Of a DNA stretch of 38,443 nucleotides, positions 10,861 to 20,111 are shown piece after piece. A program made the translations under genes and the position numbers. Position 1 is the first letter of the stretch. The number at the start of each line of letters is the position of its first letter. The stretch lies in the NCBI GenBank assembly GCA_030605195.1, contig JAUWBB010000003.1:1-38443 (forward strand). The letters are read 5' to 3'. The DNA is from Bacteroidota bacterium. GTDB taxonomy: Bacteria; Bacteroidota; Bacteroidia; Bacteroidales; VadinHA17. The notes beneath the pieces are model-generated. The model was not told the origin of the DNA, did no database searches, and saw only the letters and a list, made by a program, of their open reading frames with translations.

Positions 10861-11250
10861 TTAATGATGAGTAACTCTTTTTAAATGGGAAAGAATGGAT
10901 AATATTTCAAAAATGGAGAAAACCAAATAGACAATAAGAAAAGTAAGTAAGAAGGGTGCTGAATCCTGCTTACTAATTACCAGATAAATAATCATAAATA
11001 ACAGATAAATCATCATTTTCAATCCTGTCAGCATTAAGAACCGGTTAACTAATTTCTTTGGTTTCTTTCGGGCTGTCTTTAATAATATTGTATGAATTAC
11101 CGTGGTGAACAGGAAAATAAATAAAAGAACAAAAGGTAGAATAACCTGGTAATACGGATTAAATACCCCGGCAAAAAGAAAATAACCAATTACAGCAAGT
11201 AAAAGAGTGATTAAAATTCCCTTAACAATAAATTTTTTTAATGGGCTCAA
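10861..11250 (-). CDS. Four-TM ATP synthase accessory membrane protein (AtpI-like)
   Basis: 129 aa, four hydrophobic segments, FLMLTGLKM; directly upstream of atpB. Confidence 0.75.
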   Translation of the reverse strand: MSPLKKFIVKGILITLLLAVIGYFLFAGVFNPYYQVILPFVLLFIFLFTTVIHTILLKTARKKPKKLVNRFLMLTGLKMMIYLLFMIIYLVISKQDSAPFLLTFLIVYLVFSIFEILSILSHLKRVTHH

Positions 11251-11273
11251 GATGATTTAGGATTTTATTAAAA

Positions 11274-11516
11274 TTAAAGGAAGTCTTTTATTGCTATATA
11301 TATTGCCAGAAAAAACGAAAGTGTTGAAAAAAGAACAATAAATAGCGGAAATCCCAAGTGTACAATCTCATCTAGTTTTAAACCTCCAAACACTCCAAGC
11401 AAAATAATAACAATCATTTGGAGCGCTATATTAGAGTATTTCACATAGGGATTAATTTGTTTTTTGTTCTTTCGCTGGTTTGAATTCCTGTTTGAATGTT
11501 TGTTTTGTTGGTTCAT
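11274..11516 (-). CDS. AtpZ/AtpI family protein
   Basis: YSNIALQM...GVFGGLKLD motif, two TM segments; start uncertain because it overlaps bactofilin. Confidence 0.8.
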   Translation of the reverse strand: MNQQNKHSNRNSNQRKNKKQINPYVKYSNIALQMIVIILLGVFGGLKLDEIVHLGFPLFIVLFSTLSFFLAIYIAIKDFL

Positions 11517-11868
11517 GTAGAGTTATTTCTTCACTCATATTGCAATTCCCGGTAAATTTAGATCCCGGTTCAATGGCCAACTTATTGGTTTGCATGTCAC
11601 CGTTCACCCGGGCAGTAACTTTCAATGATAATAATTGAGAAACGATCAATTTCCCCTCAACGGTACCGGAAACATCAAAATTTTTACAAGAAATCTCCCC
11701 TTTTACCTTTCCTGTTTCGCCGATAACCACTTTCCCTTTTGTTATTAAATTGCCGTATAATGTTCCATCTATACGGATATCTCCAATGGAATTAATATCC
11801 CCTGTAATTTCCGTACCAATACCAATCAGGTTTATTGCATTGTTTTCAGTCTCGTTATTCTTTGCCAT
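11452..11868 (-). CDS. Bactofilin (polymer-forming cytoskeletal protein, CcmA family)
   Basis: IGIGTEITGDINSIGDIRIDG...LAIEPGSKFTGNC beta-helix repeats. Confidence 0.93.
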   Translation of the reverse strand: MAKNNETENNAINLIGIGTEITGDINSIGDIRIDGTLYGNLITKGKVVIGETGKVKGEISCKNFDVSGTVEGKLIVSQLLSLKVTARVNGDMQTNKLAIEPGSKFTGNCNMSEEITLHEPTKQTFKQEFKPAKEQKTN

Positions 11869-12047
11869 GGAATTAAAATGAATTTTTGTTTCGTTTAATG
11901 CACTAAAGATAAGAACATAGTTTCACAAATTGATTAAAAAAAACCTTAATTTTCAGATTTCATAAATAATTAGTTAATAGTCGGCCCGACTGAAGATTGC
12001 CGACTTAAAAATACAAAGTATAATGAAATTATCCATTATCAAGCCAT

Positions 12048-12138
12048 AAACATTGAATTTATCCCTGATGGCTATCGGAGCGATCTCATGATCCGCCATC
12101 CCGATAACTATCGGGAGGCGGAGAGTAAATTCCGATAC
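12048..12138 (-). repeat. 91-bp modular palindromic repeat, copy 1
   Basis: Reverse complement matches 22163-22253 with 5 mismatches. Confidence 0.92.
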
Positions 12139-12140
12139 GT

Positions 12141-13157
12141 TTAATTATTCTTTATTTTCTTTTTTCCGTCATAGCCCCACTTCAGGTAAATCGACCCCCA
12201 GGTAAACCCACCACCAAAAGCCGTTAAAATAATATTATCTCCTTTGTTTAACTGGTCCTCCCATTCCCAAAGGCATAATGGTATAGTAGCAGTGGTAGTG
12301 TTTCCGTATCTGGTAATATTGATCATCACTTGTTCTTTCTTTATCCCCATCCGTCGGGCAGTAGCCTCAATAATTCTCATATTTGCCTGGTGTGGTACCA
12401 ACCAGGCCAGGTCTTCCGGAGTAATATTGTGTTTACGCATCATTTCGACTGAAACATCAGCCATTTTTGAAACAGCAAATTTGAATACCGTTTGCCCTTC
12501 CTGATAAATAAAGTGTTCCCTATCCATAAGCGTTTCAAAAGATGCCGGTCTTTCAGAACCGCCTGCTTTCATATGCAGATGATGGCGTCCGTAACCATCG
12601 GTGCGAAAAATATGATCCACAATTCCTACATCTTCGTTGGTTGATTCAAGCAGAACAGCACCGGCAGCATCTCCGAAAAGCGGACAGGTGGTACGGTCGG
12701 TGTAATCGGTAATAGTAGACATTTTATCCGTAGCAACTACCACCACTTTTTCATATTGGCCTGATTCAATAAATTTTGCAGCTGTTTCAAGCGTGTAAAT
12801 AAATCCTGAACAAGCTGCATTCATATCAAAACTCCAGGCATTTTTTATTCCTACTTTATCACTGATGATATTAGCCGTTGCCGGAAACATTCTGTCAGGT
12901 GTAACGGTTGTACAAATCATCAACTCCACTTCCTCTGGTAATGTTCCTGTCTTTTCCAGCAATCCTCTAACCGCTTTTTCTCCCATATATGAAGATCCCC
13001 GGGCTTCCCCCTTCAAAATTCGTCTTTCTTTAATACCAATCCTTTGCATTATCCATTCATCTGATGTATCCACCATGGAAGCCAGTTCATCATTGGATAG
13101 CCTGTATTCGGGAACCCAGCAATTTATTCCTGTTATCGACGCTCTGATGCTTTCCAT
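12141..13157 (-). CDS. fabH: Beta-ketoacyl-ACP synthase III
   Basis: [23 protein letters not shown]. Confidence 0.97.
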   Translation of the reverse strand: MESIRASITGINCWVPEYRLSNDELASMVDTSDEWIMQRIGIKERRILKGEARGSSYMGEKAVRGLLEKTGTLPEEVELMICTTVTPDRMFPATANIISDKVGIKNAWSFDMNAACSGFIYTLETAAKFIESGQYEKVVVVATDKMSTITDYTDRTTCPLFGDAAGAVLLESTNEDVGIVDHIFRTDGYGRHHLHMKAGGSERPASFETLMDREHFIYQEGQTVFKFAVSKMADVSVEMMRKHNITPEDLAWLVPHQANMRIIEATARRMGIKKEQVMINITRYGNTTTATIPLCLWEWEDQLNKGDNIILTAFGGGFTWGSIYLKWGYDGKKKIKNN

Positions 13158-14098
13158 TATTTAAAAGCTTCTTTAATTCTATCCGTTAATTTCGCATTAA
13201 TAACACTTTTTGTGTACAGTATCATATTTTTTATGGCTTTATCATTGGAAATGCCATGACCGATGATTACATTTGAATTAACTCCAAGGACAGGTGTTCC
13301 ACCGTAATTTTCAAAATTAAACCGTTCAAAGAATTCATCTTTTATTTTCCGCTTTCTCACCATTGTATAAAAAGCTTCCGCTTCCTTCAATACAACATTT
13401 CCCACAAAACCGTCACATACAATCACATCGGCTTTTTCATTGCTGAAAAAATTATTTCCTTCAACATTGCCAATAAAATTAAACTCTTTAGTTCCTTTCA
13501 TTAATTCATACGCTGACTTTGAGACCAAATTGCCTTTTGTCTCCTCTAATCCGATATTTAACAAACCGACCCTGGGATTTTCAGTATTCCAGACATGTTC
13601 AGCATATAGCGATCCCAGAATAGCATATTGAAAAAGAACGTCAGGCCGGCAATCAGGATTTATCCCAACATCCAATAGAATTGCGGGTTTGCCCTCCACG
13701 GTTGGTATTGAAGATGCGATTGCAGGTCGAATAATTCCTTCAATAACTTTTACAGTATAACGAAGCCCTATCAACATTGCCCCGGTGTTCCCTGCACTCG
13801 CCAATCCATCAATTTCACCATTTTTCAGAAGTTTGTAGCCAATACTTATGCTGGAATTTGTCTTTAAAGCCCAGGCTTTTGCAGGATGATCTCCCATTTC
13901 AATAAACACTTCAGTATGAGCAATATCGAATCTGGAAGAGGGCACATGCTCACGTTCTAAAATGCCCTGGATTCTTTTTTCATCACCAATCAAGACTAAT
14001 TTGTCGTCGGGTGTTAATTCTTTCAAAGCAAGGATTGCACCCAAAACGGTAGCTTCAGGTGCATAATCACCACCCATTACGTCAATACCTATTCTCAT
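13157..14098 (-). CDS. plsX: Phosphate acyltransferase PlsX
   Basis: [29 protein letters not shown]. Confidence 0.97.
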   Translation of the reverse strand: MRIGIDVMGGDYAPEATVLGAILALKELTPDDKLVLIGDEKRIQGILEREHVPSSRFDIAHTEVFIEMGDHPAKAWALKTNSSISIGYKLLKNGEIDGLASAGNTGAMLIGLRYTVKVIEGIIRPAIASSIPTVEGKPAILLDVGINPDCRPDVLFQYAILGSLYAEHVWNTENPRVGLLNIGLEETKGNLVSKSAYELMKGTKEFNFIGNVEGNNFFSNEKADVIVCDGFVGNVVLKEAEAFYTMVRKRKIKDEFFERFNFENYGGTPVLGVNSNVIIGHGISNDKAIKNMILYTKSVINAKLTDRIKEAFK

Positions 14099-14128
14099 AA
14101 AAGTGAGTTGAAGGTTAATAGTAATGAA

Positions 14129-14317
14129 CTAAGCCGTAACTTCTTTTTCGATAGCTAACTTTCCTCTGTAATACCCACACTCCGGGCAAACCCTATGATA
14201 CAGAACAGTTGCGCCACAATTTTGACAGGTAGCAATAGTGGTGGGGACAGTAGCTTTATAATGTGTCCGGCGCTTATTTCTTCTTTGCTTGGATGTTTTT
14301 CTTTTTGGATGTGCCAT
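14129..14317 (-). CDS. rpmF: 50S ribosomal protein L32 (four-Cys form)
   Basis: MAHPKRKTSKQRRNKRRTH, CQNC and CPEC; ATG at 14317. Confidence 0.97.
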   Translation of the reverse strand: MAHPKRKTSKQRRNKRRTHYKATVPTTIATCQNCGATVLYHRVCPECGYYRGKLAIEKEVTA

Positions 14318-14849
14318 TTTCAATTAATTTTATTTTCTTTAACGGAGCCCATCTTGGATCTTCGTCAATTTTATTTTCTTTCCTGATAAGAAATTTGTTT
14401 AGTTTGTTCAACATTTCCTTATTACAAAGGCTTTTTCCGTTTTTCCCGTTTGGATGTATTCGTTTATAGGGTAAACTCAGGCAGATAAAATCAAAAAAAA
14501 TTTGAGATATATTAATTTCGTGATCTTCTGTGGAAAGAAAAATCATATCATCTGTAAGTTCTTCGTTACTCTCACCAAATTTTGCAAAAACAGTTCCGGT
14601 ATATTGAACGGGGAAATTAAAACATTCCAGGCACCGGTCACAGGTTATATTCACTTCTCCCTGAATGTTAAAATGCAACTCAATTACCGGCGGTTTTTTA
14701 TTCACCGTTACCTTCCCCGAAAGATTGCCCTCTTTTATCTCTGAATTTTCAAAATACTCAAAGAACCTGAAATCAATTTTAAAATTGAACTCGTGCTTTC
14801 CCAACCCTAATTCTTTGATCGGAATTGTATATTTCCTCATCTTTTTCAA
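14274..14849 (-). CDS. yceD: DUF177/YceD family protein
   Basis: CDRCL and DPRW motifs, upstream of rpmF; start TTG 14849 or ATG 14840. Confidence 0.92.
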   Translation of the reverse strand: MKKMRKYTIPIKELGLGKHEFNFKIDFRFFEYFENSEIKEGNLSGKVTVNKKPPVIELHFNIQGEVNITCDRCLECFNFPVQYTGTVFAKFGESNEELTDDMIFLSTEDHEINISQIFFDFICLSLPYKRIHPNGKNGKSLCNKEMLNKLNKFLIRKENKIDEDPRWAPLKKIKLIENGTSKKKNIQAKKK

Positions 14850-14872
14850 ATCCCATCAAAAAAATTGTCTCG

Positions 14873-14880
14873 CAAAAGTA
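14873..14880 (-). promoter_or_regulatory. Putative -7 promoter element for yceD-rpmF-plsX-fabH
   Basis: TACTTTTG on the minus strand matches TAnnTTTG. Confidence 0.55.
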
Positions 14881-14891
14881 GAAATTAATAT

Positions 14892-17834
14892 TTAACATAC
14901 AAATATCAGGCAATCCTTGTTAAAATTCATCCCTGTGGTTTCTAAAATAGCCGGCGCTTTAATCTCTTTTTTGCCTTTGTCTTTTGGAATAGCTCTTCCG
15001 GTCAAGAGAATAACAATTTTATCTTTAAGGTCCATATCAGGACTTTCGCCTGGATTAATTACCAATCCCTTGGATAACAAGTTCCTCAACTGAGACTGCC
15101 GCCAATGTTTATAGGGTTCTATTTGCACTAATAAATTTTCAGCCATGCGAGACCCTCCAATTCGCCACAGCCGTTTTTCAAGTTTCTCTGATGCTTTCAT
15201 GATGGAATGCATATTGGCTGATGACATCCACAAGACCGTTAGAGGCGATTCGGCAGATACTTCTGCTGTCCTTGGTAAACCAGTCAATCCAGCCATTTCG
15301 CCAATAAAATTTCCCTGGCCTATAATATCCACCACCTTTTCTTTAACCGTTACTTTTATAGTCCCTCTTGCAATAAAGAAAAATCCGTCGCCTGAACCAC
15401 CTTCACGAATGATTTTCTCTCCAACCGAATATACTTTGGTTTGAAAATGACTCACTACCTGGCTTAAAACTCCCGGTTCAAGATCCTTTAACCATGACAC
15501 ATCTTTCAGTAATTCCACTGCATCGGGTAAGGATACCGATAGTGGTGAATCCATTAACTTTTTCATCCTTTCTTCAATTCCGGAAATCATCTTTTTGGCT
15601 TCACCGCTTTCAATCCTTCCATTCTTTTGTAATCTTTCTACTGTCCTTCGTTCATAATTCAACATAGAACGTATGGCTTGTCTTGTAGCAATCGCGGAAT
15701 AAATTTCAGGAAAATTTTTCCGAATGTTTCTAATAAATGTTTGCCCATGAATTTTGTTTTCATTGATCTCTTCTTCAATAATTCCAAGGGTTTTTTCTTC
15801 TTCCTCATCATTCATCTGATCATCGGTTTTAAGACTTCTGTACATGCTTTCAACCAATTTCAGTGCTTCTTCCTGAGCCTCAACAAATCCCCTGGCACTA
15901 TCATAACTAACGGATAATCTTTCAAAAAAAGTCCGTTTTGTCATCCTCCCGGCCATCGGCATCGATTGCAACCAAGTTAATAATTTTGGTGTTTTCCAGG
16001 ATTCCTCCAGGTCTTTTCTTTCCGATAAGGGGATCATTCCTCCGGCATCAAGAATGTCGTCAATCGTCTCTGATAACCTCCGTACTGCAACGGGACCAAG
16101 TAATCCATCTCTAAATTGATGCCAATAACTGCTTTTTTCTTTTTCAAGTATCCTTCGACGGGTTTCAGCGATGGTTTCTATTTTAATGTTTTCCGTACTA
16201 ATTCTTTCGGCACTTTGGGGAAGGTATTCTTTTACCGCAGTCCAGTTAGCACGGCTCAGAAACCGGTCCTCCTTCAATTTTTCAACCGCATTTTCGGTGC
16301 TCTGTCTGAGATACTGGTTTGCATTGGAGCGCATCAGGGCTATGGCCGGTGAAACTTTGGTTAAACCAAGCTTATTAACCAAAATTTTAATAGTGGTTGC
16401 ATTAACTAACGATGTAAGGGTTACTAAACCGGCAGTTAAAAAAAGAATTTGGTCCCTTATTTGAATGGGTATTGATTCTTCCCCTGCAACAATTAATGCC
16501 AGGGCAAGACCAATTGCTCCGCGTAGCGCACCCCACCATAAAACATATGATTCTTTTACCGACAGGCCATATCCAATCCTCTTCATAAACGGATAGAATA
16601 TTCCTATTATAATTGCACGGATAATATGGATACCAATATAAACAATTCCAAGAATAAGAAAATCTTTTCCGGTAAAAACTGTTCGTTGGGCTATCACCAC
16701 ACCAACGATTAAAAAGATTAAAGTATTAGCAATAAAGGCGGCTAATTCCCAAAATTCATGGAGAAAGTGCTCAACTTCCGGACTTATTCTGGTACGTCCA
16801 ACGCTTGCCATTACCAAACCGAGGGTAACCAGACCCAGCACACCGGATACATGGAAGAAATGTTCGCAAATAAAAAATGTAATATATGCAGCCATAATAA
16901 CGACACTGATCTCAACAAGGGCATCATTAAAAACCCTTCTAACCCATGAAATGGTAAGTCCTCCTATGATTAATCCTAAAAGGATACCTCCAAATGCAAC
17001 ACGGAAAAATTCAAGTATCGGAGAACCGGATGCCTCACCGGTGAAACTCAGAAGGAAAACCATGAAAAGAACAATGGCTGTTCCGTCGTTCAATAAGGAT
17101 TCTCCCTCGATAAGTGTACCCAGTTTCTTACTTGCACCTAATTCCTTCAACAACGCTACAACCGCAACCGGGTCAGTAGCACTCGCTATTGCACCAAACA
17201 TCAATGCAATAGTCCAGCCCCAGCCCACAAGTCCTATTCCAGCTTTATCCAAACCAATAACAAGAGCAGCTGTTAAAACCATAGCCAAAATTATTCCGGG
17301 AATAGCAAGAATGGAAGCATTAGTAAAAGTCCTTCTGAACGTATGAACATCCAGTGCAAAAGCTGCCTCAAAGATCAGTATAGGCAAGAAAATAAAAAGA
17401 ATCAAATGAGGATCCATCTTTCCGGCCCATGCAATCGATTTACTGAAAAAACTTAAATTCAGATGTACAAATCCAAGATTCCAGGAATCAAACCAGCCAA
17501 CACGCGTTGCCATACCCAGACCTAAACCAAACAGAAGTAACATAACCGTAAAAGGCAGCGGACTTTTTCGTAAAAAATGCCTTACGGCAGCACCAATGAT
17601 CAAGGCGATAATAATGAAAAACAACGATGATAAATCGGGGCCATGTTTTCCCTCATCATGAACCTCCTGATCAGTATGTTCTTCAGCCTCGTGTTGTACA
17701 ACTTCAGTCTTATCTTTTCCGGGAACCTGATCCTTGTTGTGTTCCTGGCCGTAACCGGAATATGAGAGGCCTATAAACAAACAAAAAATTAAAGGGAGAA
17801 ATAACTTTAATGAAATGATTCTTTTAGCTTTCAT
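14892..17834 (-). CDS. CPA1 Na+/H+ antiporter with long cytoplasmic tail and cyclic-nucleotide-binding domain (SOS1/SLC9C-like)
   Basis: FLPILIFE, ATDPVAVV, EGESLLNDG, WGALRGAI; C-terminal FIGEMAGLTGLPRTA; likely ATG 17834 (ORF track starts 17894). Confidence 0.92.
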   Translation of the reverse strand: MKAKRIISLKLFLPLIFCLFIGLSYSGYGQEHNKDQVPGKDKTEVVQHEAEEHTDQEVHDEGKHGPDLSSLFFIIIALIIGAAVRHFLRKSPLPFTVMLLLFGLGLGMATRVGWFDSWNLGFVHLNLSFFSKSIAWAGKMDPHLILFIFLPILIFEAAFALDVHTFRRTFTNASILAIPGIILAMVLTAALVIGLDKAGIGLVGWGWTIALMFGAIASATDPVAVVALLKELGASKKLGTLIEGESLLNDGTAIVLFMVFLLSFTGEASGSPILEFFRVAFGGILLGLIIGGLTISWVRRVFNDALVEISVVIMAAYITFFICEHFFHVSGVLGLVTLGLVMASVGRTRISPEVEHFLHEFWELAAFIANTLIFLIVGVVIAQRTVFTGKDFLILGIVYIGIHIIRAIIIGIFYPFMKRIGYGLSVKESYVLWWGALRGAIGLALALIVAGEESIPIQIRDQILFLTAGLVTLTSLVNATTIKILVNKLGLTKVSPAIALMRSNANQYLRQSTENAVEKLKEDRFLSRANWTAVKEYLPQSAERISTENIKIETIAETRRRILEKEKSSYWHQFRDGLLGPVAVRRLSETIDDILDAGGMIPLSERKDLEESWKTPKLLTWLQSMPMAGRMTKRTFFERLSVSYDSARGFVEAQEEALKLVESMYRSLKTDDQMNDEEEEKTLGIIEEEINENKIHGQTFIRNIRKNFPEIYSAIATRQAIRSMLNYERRTVERLQKNGRIESGEAKKMISGIEERMKKLMDSPLSVSLPDAVELLKDVSWLKDLEPGVLSQVVSHFQTKVYSVGEKIIREGGSGDGFFFIARGTIKVTVKEKVVDIIGQGNFIGEMAGLTGLPRTAEVSAESPLTVLWMSSANMHSIMKASEKLEKRLWRIGGSRMAENLLVQIEPYKHWRQSQLRNLLSKGLVINPGESPDMDLKDKIVILLTGRAIPKDKGKKEIKAPAILETTGMNFNKDCLIFVC

Positions 17835-18058
17835 GGGTGAAATAATTTTTTCCAAGGTACTAAATTGATTTGATTTTTTATTTAGGAAAAACAATCATTC
17901 ATTGATTCCCCCTGAATGAAAATTAATGCTTCACTAATAATACAGCAAAAGGATATAATCACGAAAATCTTGGGGGATGGAATATAAGAATGCAAAACAG
18001 GCTAATGGTATTAACGTTTCAAGAAAAACCGCTTTTACTACCATTACCTCAATTTGTT

Positions 18059-18559
18059 CTATTCTTTGATGATTTTTTTGGTTAGAATTCGTTTTTTCAG
18101 AGTATAGAACTCTGCAAAATAGATGCCTTTATAGAAATCATCTACAGGAAAGGAAAATCGATTACTCCCGGGAGATATTTCAAAACTAAACCTTTTTACC
18201 TCTTTACCCAGTATATCCCTGATCAGTAAAATTCCATCCAATGCCCTGTCCGCATTAAATGTAAGGTTCAACATGTTCTTTACGGGATTAGGATAGATCT
18301 TGAAATCTTTTTTCAGATCCGAAAATAATGCAGGTCCCGGAGGTATTGTTGTTGAAGCGGTTGTATATGATACGCTGGTACCTTCCAGCCGTATTGTATC
18401 ATTTATCCTGTTATTCGTTAATGTATCGGGGAGAACTTTATTCCCCTGAATTTTAGTAATATGCTTTGTCGCAAAAACAGGAAGGACCGATAAACCAAAT
18501 ATCAAAACATATCCGATAATCAAATTTTGTGATTTATGTTTTATTTTTAATCGGTTCAT
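18059..18559 (-). CDS. Small T9SS type A sorting domain-containing protein
   Basis: Signal peptide; IYPNPV...DILGKEV...KGIYF...TKKIIK C-terminal domain. Confidence 0.88.
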   Translation of the reverse strand: MNRLKIKHKSQNLIIGYVLIFGLSVLPVFATKHITKIQGNKVLPDTLTNNRINDTIRLEGTSVSYTTASTTIPPGPALFSDLKKDFKIYPNPVKNMLNLTFNADRALDGILLIRDILGKEVKRFSFEISPGSNRFSFPVDDFYKGIYFAEFYTLKKRILTKKIIKE

Positions 18560-18596
18560 ATCTTGTTTATACAGCTTTATTTATTCTAATCACAAA

Positions 18597-18604
18597 CAAA
18601 TTTA
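18597..18604 (-). promoter_or_regulatory. Putative -7 promoter element for the T9SS gene
   Basis: TAAATTTG on the minus strand. Confidence 0.45.
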
Positions 18605-18777
18605 TGATATTTTGCCCAACAATCAAAATTTCCGCAAAATTCATTCCAAATAATGTATTTTAAACATAAAGATAATCACTACTGTCCGGCTGTTTTTAGG
18701 CAAAAGTTTTAAACTGGTTAAATATTAAAAGATACAGAGGGTTCTTTGATTTTTTAATTTCAAAATTAAGAATTCAG

Positions 18778-19133
18778 CTACTTTAATTCCAGTAACCTGA
18801 CCGGTTTGCAAAGAGAATACAACAATTTATCCTGTTGGGTAATTTCAACTTCCGATTGTTCTTTGCTTTCAATAATAACTAAGGGAATGCCATTTACGAA
18901 TAGAACAATATCGGGCCGGTATGATTGAAAACTGCCTTATCGTTGAAAGGAAAATTTTTCTGTAACATGAAAAACATTATTTGAAGGATTCTTCCAATCT
19001 ATATACCGGATAATTTATTCCCTCTATGGTTATCAGCCTCCCCGGGTGTTAAATACTGATAACCTGCCTTTTGCAGAAACTGCAGGGCAGGTATTCGTGA
19101 TATGTGATCTTCTTTAAATGATGGGGTGTCCAT
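18778..19133 (-). pseudogene. hsdR: Type I restriction endonuclease subunit R remnant
   Basis: MDTPSFKEDHISRIPALQFLQKAGYQYL; after a frame change YIDWKNPSNNVFHVTEKF..*..RPDIVLFVNGIPLVIIESK...QDKLLYSLCKPVRLLELK*; in-frame TAA at 18937-18939. Confidence 0.88.
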
Positions 19134-19444
19134 AATTAGTAATGTTGGTTGATGAGGTTGACTTTTCTTTTCCTTTTGGTCAAAAAATTTGGCCAATTAA
19201 TTTGGCATCCCAACTGGTTATTTGTCAACATTTTAAAATATTTTTCAAACAGATTTCCAGATGTTTTTTGCCAATTTTTTACCAATTAGAGTTTATCATC
19301 AATTATTGTGTCTTTATTCAAGCATTACAGTGAATATCAATATATATTGTGAAACATATTTTTGTATTATTAATATGTAATATGCGAATTCAATTTTTTT
19401 CATTAAGCTGATTAATAACTTGTTTAAAAATTTATTAAAACAAG

Positions 19445-19510
19445 CACCATGCTTCAGCATGGTGTTGGATGAAATATAATAATAGCTGAATTAGTGCGCT
19501 TTAGCGTACT
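19445..19510. repeat. Paired hairpins downstream of the tnpA fragment (IS200 end or REP-like)
   Basis: CACCATGC-TTCA-GCATGGTG and AGTGCGC-TTTA-GCGTACT. Confidence 0.7.
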
Positions 19511-19544
19511 TTAAAAAGACCATCAATCATCTGTAAACCCATAC

Positions 19545-19720
19545 TCATTTTTCCACTTCTTCATATTCTTCCGTAAAAGTTTTTCGTTTATGATGTGAGT
19601 CTTGATTTCTGATATAATTTCTTATAACGTCTAATTGTGAAGCACTTACTGAATATGCACCATATCCTCTTTGCCAGGCAAATTTCTCTCTTCTCTTCCG
19701 GTTTGTATAAATAATCCGGA
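19545..19720 (-). mobile_element. tnpA: IS200/IS605-family (Y1 HUH, possibly RAYT) transposase C-terminal fragment
   Basis: FAWQRGYGAYSVSASQLDVIRNYIRNQDSHH..TFTEEY with the catalytic YxxxQ; HUH-containing N-terminus absent; upstream boundary approximate. Confidence 0.85.
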
Positions 19721-19912
19721 CGTTCTTACTCACACTTTTACGCTTCTTTTTACTTACAAACATAACCCTCCAAAATTCGGGACACCCAAGTTTAAACAAA
19801 TTACATTAAAATATATTTGTTATTCAGCTATTTACAGCTTAAAAATTCAGTCGTTCAATGACAGTACGGAAAACAGAGAAAGATAATTAGTGGATTGGGG
19901 TGTCCCCAATCG

Positions 19913-19944
19913 GCAAAGGGTTGTGAAAGCAACTCTTTGCTTTT
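19913..19944 (+). terminator. Intrinsic terminator-like hairpin
   Basis: GCAAAGGGTTG-TGAAAG-CAACTCTTTGC followed by TTTT. Confidence 0.6.
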
Positions 19945-20111
19945 GTTTCGGAGGGCAAGGCTTGTGTTATGTTTTGTTCTTTTGTCATTTAGCTGTTCAG
20001 GTTAAACTTTTCCATGTTTATTATTATTAATAAACATATAAACTAATAATAAACCGCTAATGTTTATTATACAAATATAAGTTTATAATGCTGATAATCA
20101 CAGCTTTATTA

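Noticed and set aside
19134-19330. Possible gene remnant upstream of hsdR, perhaps hsdS
   Set aside because: The minus-strand translation has a stop and no motif I can recognise.
19945-19980. Possible oriT-like sequence (GGGCAAGGCTTGTGTTATG)
   Set aside because: Only a vague resemblance from memory; no relaxase or mob gene nearby.
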